Assembly (NCBI GenBank): GCA_963793425.1
Contig: CAWCAG010000005.1
Coordinates: 64,001-128,000 of the forward strand
Direction of reading: 5' to 3'
DNA from: an uncultured cyanobacterium
GTDB taxonomy: Bacteria; Cyanobacteriota; Cyanobacteriia; Cyanobacteriales; CAWCAG01
Length of the DNA stretch: 64,000 nucleotides
Shown: positions 18,537 through 28,738 of the stretch, piece after piece
Layout of the letters: each line of letters opens with the position of its first letter
Numbering within the stretch: position 1 is the stretch's first letter
Position numbers and translations under genes: made by a program
Notes under the pieces: generated by a model
Database searches by the model: none
The model's input: the letters and a program-made list of their open reading frames with translations, nothing else
Told to the model about the DNA's origin: nothing

Positions 18537-18998
18537 ATGCTACATTTTCAATACTCAACCCTCATCAATGCCCCTGTAGAAGCGGTTTGGCGCTTTCATG
18601 AAAGGGAAGATATTCTGCAAATTCTTACTCCTCCTTGGCAACCTGTACAAGTCGTCCGTAGAGAAGGAGGACTAGATGTTGGTGCAATTACAGAATTTCG
18701 CTTGTTTCTAGGGCCAATTCCTATAGCTTGGTTAGCCCGCCATGTGGAATGCCAAGAGTATAGGCTGTTTGCTGACCAACAAATAAAAGGGCCGATGGCA
18801 TATTGGTTACATCACCATCTTTTTGCTGAAGAAAATGGTCAAACTCGCTTAACAGACTCCATTGAATATGCTATACCTGGGGGCCAATTAGCGGAGTTTC
18901 TCCTTGGTTGGTGGGTGGAAATGAGGTTACATGATATGTTTCGTTATCGCCATCAAGTTACCGCAGAGAAAGTATTAGAAAACTATGGGATGATATAA
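18537..18998 (+). CDS. SRPBCC/polyketide cyclase family protein
   Basis: INAPVEAVWRFH, F.D.Q..GP..YW.HHH.F, TRLTDSIEY. Confidence 0.85.
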   Translation: MLHFQYSTLINAPVEAVWRFHEREDILQILTPPWQPVQVVRREGGLDVGAITEFRLFLGPIPIAWLARHVECQEYRLFADQQIKGPMAYWLHHHLFAEENGQTRLTDSIEYAIPGGQLAEFLLGWWVEMRLHDMFRYRHQVTAEKVLENYGMI

Positions 18999-19035
18999 GT
19001 AACGAAATATTTATAAAACTTGACACAATTAACCT

Positions 19036-19224
19036 ATGAGCTTTTTCCGCCAATACATCGCCCCATTCTTCGCTGTACTTATTTTTACAGTGGCTTTAGT
19101 AGCAGTAAGCGCCCGCATTTTCTTACCTTCAGATATGGCTGCACCTGCACCGGTTGAAGATGTGGATCTTGCCTCAGAAGTTGCTCCTCCGGCAGAAACA
19201 TCAACAGCCCCTGCTATGAATTAA
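19036..19224 (+). CDS. Small conserved cyanobacterial membrane protein
   Basis: FFRQYIAP, one TM helix, FLPSDMAAPAP. Confidence 0.6.
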   Translation: MSFFRQYIAPFFAVLIFTVALVAVSARIFLPSDMAAPAPVEDVDLASEVAPPAETSTAPAMN

Positions 19225-19772
19225 TTGGTAATCTTGCCGACAATAGCTTGCTCGACCATATCAGGGCTAGAAGTAGCGTCAACCGTAAGAAGTTTTTGGC
19301 GAGGGCTATAATATTCCAGTATGGGAACAGTACGTTCTTGAAAGCTGGTAATACGGCGTTGAAGAATTTCTGGTTGATCATCAGCAAGGGAGCGCCCTAA
19401 AGAACGTTCTTTCATAACTTCTTCTGGAGCTTGTAAATAAATTGCCCAATTTAGCTTTTGGGCAAATTCATCAAGAAGAAAATCCAACTCTTCAGCTTGG
19501 AAAGCAGTGCGAGGATAACCTTCCAATAACCAACCTTTACTTACATCAGGTTCGTTAAGTCGCTGGCGCATAAATTGAATGAGAATTTGATCGGGAACTA
19601 ATTCCCCTTTTTTGACGTAATCCTCCGCCTTACGCCCTAAATCTGTTTGTTTTGCGATCGCACTACGAAGAATATCTCCCATAGCCACTCTGGGGATTTG
19701 AAAATGATCACATAGTCGCTGGGATTGAGTTCCTTTTCCTACCCCAGGCCCTCCCAAAATTACTAATCTCAC
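19221..19772 (-). CDS. adk: Adenylate kinase (short LID type)
   Basis: GGPGVGKGTQ, GDILR, GELVPD, EGYPRT. Confidence 0.9.
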   Translation of the reverse strand: MRLVILGGPGVGKGTQSQRLCDHFQIPRVAMGDILRSAIAKQTDLGRKAEDYVKKGELVPDQILIQFMRQRLNEPDVSKGWLLEGYPRTAFQAEELDFLLDEFAQKLNWAIYLQAPEEVMKERSLGRSLADDQPEILQRRITSFQERTVPILEYYSPRQKLLTVDATSSPDMVEQAIVGKITN

Positions 19773-20033
19773 AACTTCTCCTTAAAATTTACCGTTTTCT
19801 CAGCCTAGAGATAAATTTAGGGTATTTTGGGTTCTCTTGTTGGTAATTTATGTTAGACAACAAGCATTTATTCTTCAGAAACAACTTAACTCTGGTTCAA
19901 ACTCTCCAAAACGTTCTCTATATTTGGCTAATAACTCTTCAGCTTGTTCAGCTACATAATCCTTGAAAATATTTTTTACCTGCGTCCTCAAGACGAGGTA
20001 TTCTATAACTTCGATTTGATTAGTTAGGAAGTT

Positions 20034-20618
20034 GTGATTAAGAACGATAGTTGGATTAAAGAAATGGCTGCCGAGGGCATGATTGAGCCTTTTGAACCTT
20101 GTTTGGTACGCCGAGTTAGTAATAATTTGCCAGTAATTTCCTATGGCTTAAGCAGTTTTGGTTATGATATCAGGCTCTCGCCTTCAGAGTTTCGCATTTT
20201 CCGCCACATTCCTGGTACGGTAGTTGATCCTAAAAATTTTAATCCTGATAACTTAGAACCAACAATTCTCCATGAAGATAAGAATGGTAGCTTTTTTATT
20301 CTTCCTGCCCATTCCTACGGGTTGGGAGTTGCCTTAGAAAAATTAGCAATTCCCGATAATATTACCGTACTTTGTATTGGCAAAAGTACTTACGCCAGGG
20401 TCGGATTAATTGCTAACTTAACCCCAGGAGAAGCAGGGTGGCGAGGACATTTGACCCTAGAATTTTCTAATTCTTCCAGTGCTGATTGTCGTATTTATGC
20501 TTCTGAAGGAGTTGTACAATTGCTCTTTTTAGAAGGAAACCCTTGCGAAACAAGTTATCAAAAACGTCAAGGTAAATATCAAGATCAACCCGAAAAAGTC
20601 ATTTTTTCTAGAGTTTAA
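20034..20618 (+). CDS. dcd: dCTP deaminase
   Basis: ISYGLSSFGYDIRL, GKSTYARVG, GKYQDQ. Confidence 0.93.
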   Translation: MIKNDSWIKEMAAEGMIEPFEPCLVRRVSNNLPVISYGLSSFGYDIRLSPSEFRIFRHIPGTVVDPKNFNPDNLEPTILHEDKNGSFFILPAHSYGLGVALEKLAIPDNITVLCIGKSTYARVGLIANLTPGEAGWRGHLTLEFSNSSSADCRIYASEGVVQLLFLEGNPCETSYQKRQGKYQDQPEKVIFSRV

Positions 20619-20624
20619 AGTAAA

Positions 20625-22319
20625 GTGGATAAATTTCGTATTGAAGTAATAGCAGCTACCGACAATCCTCAACAAGTAATTTGGGGAGCAATGCACCAAG
20701 ATTATTCTGAAGGTTTTGTTGTTGATAGCAAAGAAAAATGGCCCGACGAAAAGCAAGCCGGAGAGTTGATAGTCAAGCATTTACTATCAGCAAACAGAGG
20801 GCATTTTGGCTGTTACGATGGGGCAACTGAAGTCCTAACCTCCCAAGGCTGGCTAAAGTGGAGTGATGTTAAAGAATGGCACAATCTTGCCGCAATTGAT
20901 ATTCATAACAATGAAATTAGATTTGAGGTTCCTGTAGCGCTACAAAAATATCAACACAAGGGTCAAGTTTATCATCTTCAGGGACAGCAACTAGATACCG
21001 TGGTTACTTTAGACCATCGCCTGGTAGTTAAGCGCCGGCATAAAGATAGTTCTTGGACAGAAGCTTACTTTGAGAATGCTGCTGATGTCATAGGTAAGCC
21101 GAGAAGGTACTTAAAATCTGGCAATTTAGCAAAGTGCGATCGCACAACCTGGTCTAATCCTTGGCATCTCGATAAAAAGCAGTTTGCCAAGTTGGTTGGT
21201 TTTTTCGTTGGTGATGGTATGAAGCCACGCCCAGCAAATCAAATTCGCTTTAGGCTAAAAAAGCAAAGGAAAATTGATTTTTTACACTCCATAGGAATAC
21301 CAATAGAGGCAAAGGCAGGAGATAGGTATACAGTTAACTTACCTGGGATTGGTAAATGGTTTAGAGATAAATGTTTTAATGCTACAGGAGATAAATGTTT
21401 ACCTGATGGTTATTTAAAACTTACTGCAACAGAAGTAGAAGGATTGTTAGAAGGGTTGAGAAATAGTGATGGTAATGAGCAAGCTAATACTTGGCGTTAC
21501 TCTAGTTCAAGCATTTTTCTATTAGGTCAGCTACAGGCTTTACTACATATTAATAATTTGTCTGGCCATTGGTCACTCGCATATCAAGAGAACGAAAAAC
21601 ATCAAGCTGGTTATTACTTAAATGTTTCTAATCGGATTAGTCCTCGCGTAGAGATTAGCCAAAATGGACGTTCTTTATCTTATTCTGAATCTGTGGAAAA
21701 ATATGATGGTTTTGTTTATTGTGCAACAGTTTCTACAGGTGCATTAATTGTTCGTCGTAACCGTAAAGTGATGGTTTCTGGTAACTGTTTAGAGCATCCT
21801 CAAATAGTTGTCAATGTCGGTTATTTTCCTCATTCTATGATGCAACAGATACGAACTCATAGGCATTTGAGTATGGATGTGCAATCCTTTAGGTATACGG
21901 GAAGCCGTGTCATTGAAGTTGCAGAAGGCAAAAAAGATGTAGAAGATGTCTTTTATTTACGTCCTGTAGGTAACTACACAAACCGTCAAGGTAAGCGCTA
22001 CTTTTATTCAGAAGAGCAACGTAATGAAGATATTGAATGGTGTTTAAAAGCTTGTCAACATTATCAAAAACGCATTAATGAAGGACTATCGGAAGAACAC
22101 GCTAGAGGCTTGATTCCTTTTGATGCGAGACAGCATTTTGTTCTTAGTTGTAATCTGCGATCGCTCCTTCATCTTTTAGATTTAAGATGGAAAAAAGATG
22201 CCCAACTTGAAGCACAAAAATTCTGCGAATTATTGTACACTCATTTAGAAGATTGGACTCCTGCTGTAGCTCAATGGTACTTGGAAAATAGGGCAAAAAA
22301 AGCACGGTTAGCACCTTAA
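20625..22319 (+). CDS. thyX: FAD-dependent thymidylate synthase ThyX containing an intein
   Basis: GHFG|intein|CLEHPQ, RTHRHLSMDVQSFRY, EHARGLIP, NLRSLLHLLDLR. Confidence 0.93.
   Translation: MDKFRIEVIAATDNPQQVIWGAMHQDYSEGFVVDSKEKWPDEKQAGELIVKHLLSANRGHFGCYDGATEVLTSQGWLKWSDVKEWHNLAAIDIHNNEIRFEVPVALQKYQHKGQVYHLQGQQLDTVVTLDHRLVVKRRHKDSSWTEAYFENAADVIGKPRRYLKSGNLAKCDRTTWSNPWHLDKKQFAKLVGFFVGDGMKPRPANQIRFRLKKQRKIDFLHSIGIPIEAKAGDRYTVNLPGIGKWFRDKCFNATGDKCLPDGYLKLTATEVEGLLEGLRNSDGNEQANTWRYSSSSIFLLGQLQALLHINNLSGHWSLAYQENEKHQAGYYLNVSNRISPRVEISQNGRSLSYSESVEKYDGFVYCATVSTGALIVRRNRKVMVSGNCLEHPQIVVNVGYFPHSMMQQIRTHRHLSMDVQSFRYTGSRVIEVAEGKKDVEDVFYLRPVGNYTNRQGKRYFYSEEQRNEDIEWCLKACQHYQKRINEGLSEEHARGLIPFDARQHFVLSCNLRSLLHLLDLRWKKDAQLEAQKFCELLYTHLEDWTPAVAQWYLENRAKKARLAP
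20811..21785 (+). mobile_element. 325-aa intein with LAGLIDADG homing endonuclease
   Basis: Starts CYDGATEVLT, block B VTLDHR, LVGFFVGDG and LLEGLRNSDG, VYCATV, ends SGN followed by +1 Cys. Confidence 0.92.
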
Positions 22320-22386
22320 AGAAGGGAATGGGGAGTGGGGAGTAGGCAGCAGAAGAAGTGGGGATTTTTTGATGAAGGCTAACAAG

Positions 22387-22677
22387 CTACTTTTTGAAGA
22401 AGCTACAAATAAGTTGCCCAGCACCGTTTTTTTGAAAGGGAACAACTTGTCCATCTTTTTTGACTCGTAGGCGATCGCGGCAATTATATACTTCTACCGG
22501 GCTAACCACACCATCAATTTTAACCGAAGCTCTATATTCCCAGTAATTTTTAGCACTGCGTTTAATGCTCAAGATACAAATAGATTTATCTTGGTAATTG
22601 CGACAAAAAGATGCTTCAGCAGGAAAAGAAATTGTCCAAAATGAAATTATTAATAACCAGAGAATGAAATACTTCAT
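22387..22677 (-). CDS. Conserved secreted hypothetical protein
   Basis: Signal peptide, CR...ICILSIKRSAKNYWEYRA. Confidence 0.6.
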   Translation of the reverse strand: MKYFILWLLIISFWTISFPAEASFCRNYQDKSICILSIKRSAKNYWEYRASVKIDGVVSPVEVYNCRDRLRVKKDGQVVPFQKNGAGQLICSFFKK

Positions 22678-22858
22678 TTAGAATCAATGGAATAATACTT
22701 AACTATCTTCTTTGAAGGGTCTACACCAACGAATGAGTAACTTTTGACGACTCCCCACTCCCTACTCTCTACTCCCTTCTTAAAAAATATTGTTGTGGAT
22801 GTTAACTTCGCGCCCACATTCGACCATAATAATCGGGAGTAGTTGAGGATAATTCTCC

Positions 22859-23110
22859 ATGCCAAGAACTCCAGATGAATATGCTGTCTCTATCATGCTC
22901 CAAGGCGGCCACAAAGAAGAAGTACGTTTTGCCACCATTCAAGAATTTCAAAAATGGTATAGTGGCGAACTTATGCCCAAAGCTAATGACACTAATTTTA
23001 TCAGCGTCCCGATTAAAAATATTCAAGGAGAATATATGGTTATACGCCCCTCTAATGTAGCTGCCATTAGGGTAGAGCCAATTTTTGCCGGCAGCGTGGA
23101 ACGCTTTTAA
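22859..23110 (+). CDS. Conserved cyanobacterial hypothetical protein
   Basis: gaggat Shine-Dalgarno-like sequence upstream; GGHKEEVRF, VPIKNIQGEYMV. Confidence 0.65.
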   Translation: MPRTPDEYAVSIMLQGGHKEEVRFATIQEFQKWYSGELMPKANDTNFISVPIKNIQGEYMVIRPSNVAAIRVEPIFAGSVERF

Positions 23111-23115
23111 AAAGA

Positions 23116-24294
23116 ATGCGGTCACAAGAAAGTATGAAGAGAACAATCACATTACTATCATTAAGCTTAGGGCTTACCTGTTTGGTTCCCAGCTTACCAG
23201 TTCAAGCTCAATTAACTCCTGTTGATCTCCAAACATCCGGGGAAGAATTGGGGGTAGATGAGCAACTCTGGACTAAGTTTGGGCAACCAGGAGATAAATA
23301 TGCCCTCGTTCGTTCCATCGATAATAGCCTCCGCTATTTAAACACCCCCAGCGCAGCCAAAGCTTACGAAAACTATCCTGTTCCTGGTGTTACTCTAAAC
23401 CGGGTACGTCGCTCTTTGCAGCGTTTTCGACATCTCTTACTTTCTTACCGCACCCCTGAAGGATTTCAAGCTGCGGTAGAGCGGGAATTTGTCTTCTATA
23501 AGTCTGTAGGTAGACCTAGCGACGGCGAGGTCTTATTTACAGCTTACTACGAGCCGATTTACTCTGCTAGTCGGGTTAGAACAGAAGAATATTCTTATCC
23601 CCTCTATCGCAAGCCAACTAACTTTGAGCAGTGGGAAAAACCCCATCTTACCCGCGAACAAATTGAAGGAAAAGATGGCTTATTGGGTGATACTAGCCCC
23701 TTAAAGGGCTACGAAATAGTTTGGTTAAAAGACCGTTTAGAGGCCTTCTTAGTACAAATTCAGGGTTCCGCTAATCTTCAATTAACTGACGGTACTACCA
23801 TGACCGTGGGTTATGATGGGGGAACAGATTATCCTTATACCAGCATTGGTAAAGAGTTGATTAAAGATGGCATTCTACCTAGTGATGGGTTGACTTTGCC
23901 AGTGTTGATTGATTATTTCCAAAAGAATCCCCAGCAATTAAGGGAATATATTCCTCGTAATAATCGCTTTGTTTTTATACGAGAAACTAACGGGGCTGCT
24001 GCTAGTGGAAGTATCGGAGTTCCCGTTACCCCAGAACGCTCTATAGCTACAGATAAAGCTCTGATGCCTCCTGGAGCCTTAGCTTTAGTCCGCACTCGTA
24101 TTCCTTATTATACCCCTGAAGGGCTATTAATAACCCCAGAAGTAAGCCGCTATGTCCTGGATCAAGATACTGGTAGCGCTATCAAAACTCCTGGCAGAGT
24201 GGATCTATTTTTAGGTACGGGGCCAGTGGCTGGTGATCGCGCAGGAATTGTCGGTTGGAAAGGTTCCCTTTACTATCCGTTGTTGAAAAATTAG
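23116..24294 (+). CDS. mltA: Murein transglycosylase A
   Basis: FTAYYEP, QIQGS, SIATD, DQDTGSAIK, RVDLFLG (3D domain). Confidence 0.9.
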   Translation: MRSQESMKRTITLLSLSLGLTCLVPSLPVQAQLTPVDLQTSGEELGVDEQLWTKFGQPGDKYALVRSIDNSLRYLNTPSAAKAYENYPVPGVTLNRVRRSLQRFRHLLLSYRTPEGFQAAVEREFVFYKSVGRPSDGEVLFTAYYEPIYSASRVRTEEYSYPLYRKPTNFEQWEKPHLTREQIEGKDGLLGDTSPLKGYEIVWLKDRLEAFLVQIQGSANLQLTDGTTMTVGYDGGTDYPYTSIGKELIKDGILPSDGLTLPVLIDYFQKNPQQLREYIPRNNRFVFIRETNGAAASGSIGVPVTPERSIATDKALMPPGALALVRTRIPYYTPEGLLITPEVSRYVLDQDTGSAIKTPGRVDLFLGTGPVAGDRAGIVGWKGSLYYPLLKN

Positions 24295-24328
24295 GCAAAC
24301 ATTTAAGCCCTCTGATTATACTTAAATG

Positions 24329-24366
24329 AAAGAGGTTGAGTTAATTGGTTCAAACTCAACCTCTTT
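24329..24366. terminator. Hairpin between convergent genes
   Basis: aaagaggttgagtt...aactcaacctcttt. Confidence 0.7.
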
Positions 24367-24409
24367 ATTCGTAAACATATATGTACTAACAAGAATCTAT
24401 ACCAAGTAA

Positions 24410-25150
24410 TTACTTTGCTGCTTTTTTACTAGCTTTACCCAAAGAAGTTGCCCCAAACAGACCAACAGCGAGAAGACTTAATAATGTAGTGGGTTCCGGA
24501 ACATCTTGTTTGTTGAGATTAAAGTCTACTCCATCTCCTGTACCACCATTATAATCTTGACCTAACTTGAGGGTTATGGAACTGATATTGGTGAAGGTTT
24601 GACTAACAATATTGCCATCTGCACCTTTTGCAACCCAATCAGGACTAGCTAAATTAACACCATTGATAGCAATAATACCAGTAGTACTATTTGACTCTGT
24701 ATCAAAGAAGTCTACGCTTAACTCTTTTAATATTTCAGTAAAAGTAAAAGAAAAAGTTCCTACTTCCAGTTGACCTTTTTCTTCTGCATAACCTGTACTT
24801 TCGTTATGTTCTGAAGGACGGAACCAAAAATCAGTAGGGTTGGTTCCCGCATCTTTGGTTTTAAATTTAATCGCGTTTGTACCACTACCATAAGTGTTTG
24901 CCGTAGCTAAGTTATCGACAAAGAGGCGACTTCTATTTCCTGTGGTGCTATCGGTGAGGGATTCAATGCTTTTGATGAAAGGTATCTCACTAACTTCGAT
25001 GCACTTATTAGGGTCTAAATCTATGCAACCAAGACCAACATTAATTTCTCCTTCTTTTTGAGGAACAAGGCTTCCGGCAAGGGCGCTAGAAGAGAAAGTG
25101 GTAATTGTAGCGGTAGCAGCTACTAGACTGATTAAAAGTTGGTTGTTCAT
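24410..25150 (-). CDS. LEVG-family PEP-CTERM surface protein
   Basis: Signal peptide, EEKGQLEVG, VPEP + TM + basic tail. Confidence 0.85.
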   Translation of the reverse strand: MNNQLLISLVAATATITTFSSSALAGSLVPQKEGEINVGLGCIDLDPNKCIEVSEIPFIKSIESLTDSTTGNRSRLFVDNLATANTYGSGTNAIKFKTKDAGTNPTDFWFRPSEHNESTGYAEEKGQLEVGTFSFTFTEILKELSVDFFDTESNSTTGIIAINGVNLASPDWVAKGADGNIVSQTFTNISSITLKLGQDYNGGTGDGVDFNLNKQDVPEPTTLLSLLAVGLFGATSLGKASKKAAK

Positions 25151-25431
25151 GATGCTTAACTGATATTACTTAGTTGCCTTGATATTATTATGAGCTATTT
25201 TCCGTAAAGTTAGTATAAAGACTGATGCAATTTATGTGAAGATTGAGTGAAGTCTTAAATTATCCCCTATAAAAGAACCCCATATTTTTTTTACCTCTTA
25301 CACAAAAACCGTTAATTCACGGACTTATGGCTATCAAGCCTATGTAAGTGTTTCCATAAGCTAAACATATTTACACAAGTCGAGATGATTTTTCTCTGTA
25401 TTGATGTGATACGCCTAAAATGAGGCAATAC

Positions 25432-25490
25432 TAGGGGCGGGTTTTGAGTTAAATCGTGAGATGAACCTTAAACTAAATAAACCCGCCCTA
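25432..25490. repeat. REP-like inverted repeat
   Basis: gggcgggttt...aaacccgccc. Confidence 0.5.
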
Positions 25491-25571
25491 ACACACGATT
25501 TTAGCTGGGTCACGCTAGTATGCTAAGTTAGGTTAACGTGTATTCCTTCTCTTACACAAAACCAGTAGAGC

Positions 25572-26591
25572 ATGAACGACTTACAGTTCAATAGAGCTTT
25601 TGAGGCGCTGACACCGCGACGCAAAGAGGTATTAAAGCTGTTATTGGCTGGAGTTTGCGATCTTGAAATTGCTCAATCTCTACATATTGCTGAATCAACT
25701 GTAAGAAAGCATATTGAGAAAATTTGCCTTTCTTTCGAGATCCATAATGAATTTCCTGATGAACGACGTTCTAAACGTCCAGAATTAATAGCTTTGTTTG
25801 TTAAGTACAAACCAGAGTTACTGAAAGATGAGCCATCGTTAGTTACTGTAGCGGCGCAAGAATTACCCAATTTAATTACCGAGACAGAATCCAAACAACT
25901 TTCTCTTTATAACCGTGAAGTCTTTATTCTTATTGATCAGAGTGGTTCAATGGTGAGGAAAGATGGAGATACAGGGGATCAAACTCGCTATGAATATTTA
26001 GCAGAAATAGTTGAAGGGCATATTAACCGTATTTTGTCTTGCCAAAGTGCGGAACAAAGAATCTGCGATCGCCTGTCTGTTTATTTTTTTAGTCGCAAGA
26101 AAACACCTCCTACTGCCACTACTATTAACGATGCTTCTCAAGTCTGGCGATTGTTTATTAATAATCAACCTAAAACTAAAACTTTTATCAGCCCTACCCT
26201 TAACCATTGCTTAGACTCTTGGTTAAGTAATGGTCAAAAAGATAATCAAGGTGCTTTTTTTATTATCTATACCGATGGTGAATTTGATGATGAAGAAGAA
26301 TTCATCAACTGCATCGCTTCTGCCTGTGCCACAATTAAACATCACCAAGAAGCAAAGTTTTTCGTCCTTGGTTTAGGGGAAGATATTAATATTGAGCATT
26401 TCCTAGCTTTAGATTTTAATGTCAAGCAAGCTATGCCTTTTAATATTTTTGTTTTTGATTTGGTTAATGAAGTTGATGATATTATCGAATTACTGTCGCG
26501 GCAGTTAATTGAAACTCCCCATCTTGCTTTTCCTGATTGGGTAAAAACTCGCCATCCAGAATTTGTGCAAAAAGTTCTTGAAACGAAATAA
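25572..26591 (+). CDS. LuxR-type HTH fused to a von Willebrand A domain
   Basis: LTPRRKEVL...EIAQSLHIAESTVRKHIEKI; MIDAS DQSGS, YTDG. Confidence 0.82.
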   Translation: MNDLQFNRAFEALTPRRKEVLKLLLAGVCDLEIAQSLHIAESTVRKHIEKICLSFEIHNEFPDERRSKRPELIALFVKYKPELLKDEPSLVTVAAQELPNLITETESKQLSLYNREVFILIDQSGSMVRKDGDTGDQTRYEYLAEIVEGHINRILSCQSAEQRICDRLSVYFFSRKKTPPTATTINDASQVWRLFINNQPKTKTFISPTLNHCLDSWLSNGQKDNQGAFFIIYTDGEFDDEEEFINCIASACATIKHHQEAKFFVLGLGEDINIEHFLALDFNVKQAMPFNIFVFDLVNEVDDIIELLSRQLIETPHLAFPDWVKTRHPEFVQKVLETK

Positions 26592-26980
26592 TGCTTATAT
26601 GATTCATTAAAGCTATACTTTGTCAATAGTGATTAAATTCAGTCTCTCCAAAAAAGTGATTGTATTATTATTTGTAGTATTGCTAAATCTCTTTTCTTAA
26701 TTTGTTTTATTTAAGGTAAAACCCCATTTTACGTCACTTTCGCTCAGTTAAAAGCTTTTTGGGCATGAGAACAGTAATTCTATCATTTTTCATAAATCTT
26801 AATTAATTCTATTACAAAACAAACCCCTTTCAACACCTTATCAAATCGTTCTCAATATAACTTCATAAAAACGCTCAAAAACTGCTTAAGTTTAAATCAT
26901 TTAAACATTGACTTCAAGAAAGGAAGGTTTTACTTATTAATAAAGCAATTTTCTCAATACCTTTTAAGTCGGGGAGAATA

Positions 26981-28477
26981 TCAATTCTGACAACTTTGCA
27001 AACGACTCAAAAGTAAAACAATTTCATCAATTGCTTCTCTTTGGCTACTTACTGATTGGTCAGATTGATTAATTAAAATGCTAAAAACCAAGGGGGGAAA
27101 ATGGTCTGATTCTAAATAACCAGAAAGGGCAGAAGTCCCAGTTACAGTACCTGTTTTAGCCCGAAGTTGTCCTTGTAAAGGGGTATTTTGGAAGCGACGG
27201 CGCAAAGTACCGTTAACTCCGGCTAAAGGTAAGGAGTTGCGATAAATTTCTCCTAAAGGAGTTTTAGCGATTCCACTTAAGGTTTGGACAATAGCTTGGG
27301 GACTAACTAAATTATGGCGAGATAACCCAGAACCATCTTTTAATAAATAACCAGCACTATCAACCCCCAAGGCCGTTAAACTGTCTTCGGTTGCAGCGAT
27401 ACCGGAACTATTCTTCTCAACTCCAAGGGTGCGTAATAATGCCTCTGCATATAAATTGTTGCTGGGTTGATTAGTATCTTTAATTAAAACTTCTAGGGAA
27501 GGAGATTCTATTACTGCGATCGCTTCACCCCAAGATGTTGTTTCAGGAGTTGTTGTCACAGCGCTTTCTTGTACTTCGATCCCTTCTAAAATAAGGGCAG
27601 TTCTTAAACTAGCTAAAAAGTATTCAGCCGGGTTACGAATCGCCAAACCCCAAATATCTGCCCCGGCATCAGCAGCTAATTCCCCAGCAATTTTTAGTCT
27701 TCTTTCTCCCAATACCCCATCAATAGTTACCCCATAAGGAGTCCCTTCTGCTGCGGTTACAGCCGTATTTTCCACTTGCCACTGTCTGGCGGCGAGGGAG
27801 TTACTCCAATTCACTTTTACTGGTTGTCCCAATTGTTGGGGTAACAAAGTAAGTACTACTGCATTTTCATCCAAAATTAAACTATTAACCGCCACACCAT
27901 AATAAGCATAAACATCTTCCCATTCCCAACTAGCAAGAATTGGTGATTCAGAAAAATAGCCATCTTGGACAATTAACTGTTCTATTTCCTCAACTCCTGC
28001 CTGTTTAAGCTGTTGTGCCACTGCCCTTAATTTTGCGGTAGTTAAACTCGGATCTCCTTTACCAACAACCCTTAAGGTGATTAGGTTAGGAACTGTTCCT
28101 GTGGCATAAAAGGGAGTACGGATACGAAAATCTGTTCCTAATTGAGTCAAAACTGCCGCAGTGGTTAACAATTTAGTATTGGAAGCGGGGATGAAGTGAC
28201 GTTCAGCAGCTAAGGCATAGAGAGTTTCTTGAGTATCTAAAGTTTGTACCAAAATTCCCCAACGAGAACGACGCAAGTTAGAACGATTAATGATTTCTGC
28301 AATGGCAGGTTCTATATCTGCCACACAAACAGAAGTATCTTTGCTTTCATCAACTGCTGTCAAAAGAGTTGCAGTTTGGGCAAAAACTTCTTTTTGCTTA
28401 ACTCCTAGTTGCAATCCTAACCAAATTAAGATTAAACCAAGAGACTTTCCTAGGCGGTATTGTTGCTGCTTTTTCAT
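26981..28477 (-). CDS. dacB: D-Ala-D-Ala carboxypeptidase/endopeptidase (PBP4)
   Basis: PASNTK (SxxK), SNN, DGSGLS, KTG. Confidence 0.92.
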   Translation of the reverse strand: MKKQQQYRLGKSLGLILIWLGLQLGVKQKEVFAQTATLLTAVDESKDTSVCVADIEPAIAEIINRSNLRRSRWGILVQTLDTQETLYALAAERHFIPASNTKLLTTAAVLTQLGTDFRIRTPFYATGTVPNLITLRVVGKGDPSLTTAKLRAVAQQLKQAGVEEIEQLIVQDGYFSESPILASWEWEDVYAYYGVAVNSLILDENAVVLTLLPQQLGQPVKVNWSNSLAARQWQVENTAVTAAEGTPYGVTIDGVLGERRLKIAGELAADAGADIWGLAIRNPAEYFLASLRTALILEGIEVQESAVTTTPETTSWGEAIAVIESPSLEVLIKDTNQPSNNLYAEALLRTLGVEKNSSGIAATEDSLTALGVDSAGYLLKDGSGLSRHNLVSPQAIVQTLSGIAKTPLGEIYRNSLPLAGVNGTLRRRFQNTPLQGQLRAKTGTVTGTSALSGYLESDHFPPLVFSILINQSDQSVSSQREAIDEIVLLLSRLQSCQN

Positions 28478-28738
28478 TCAATATTAAACTGTATTGCCCT
28501 ATTCAAAAATTGAAGTTCTAGAAAAAGTTGATAGCTATTATTCTTATACAAAACAATTACTAAGCATATTAGTAATTATCATTGGCTGGTTTTTACTCAT
28601 AAAGCCCGTTATAGCTATACTTATTGGTCTTTCAGTTACTTTAGCAATCTATGCTATTATCCCTTCTCCTATTTCAATACTAAGAAGGGAGAAGGAAGAA
28701 GGAAAAAGCATATCACTTTCCCTCCACCTTCTAAATTT

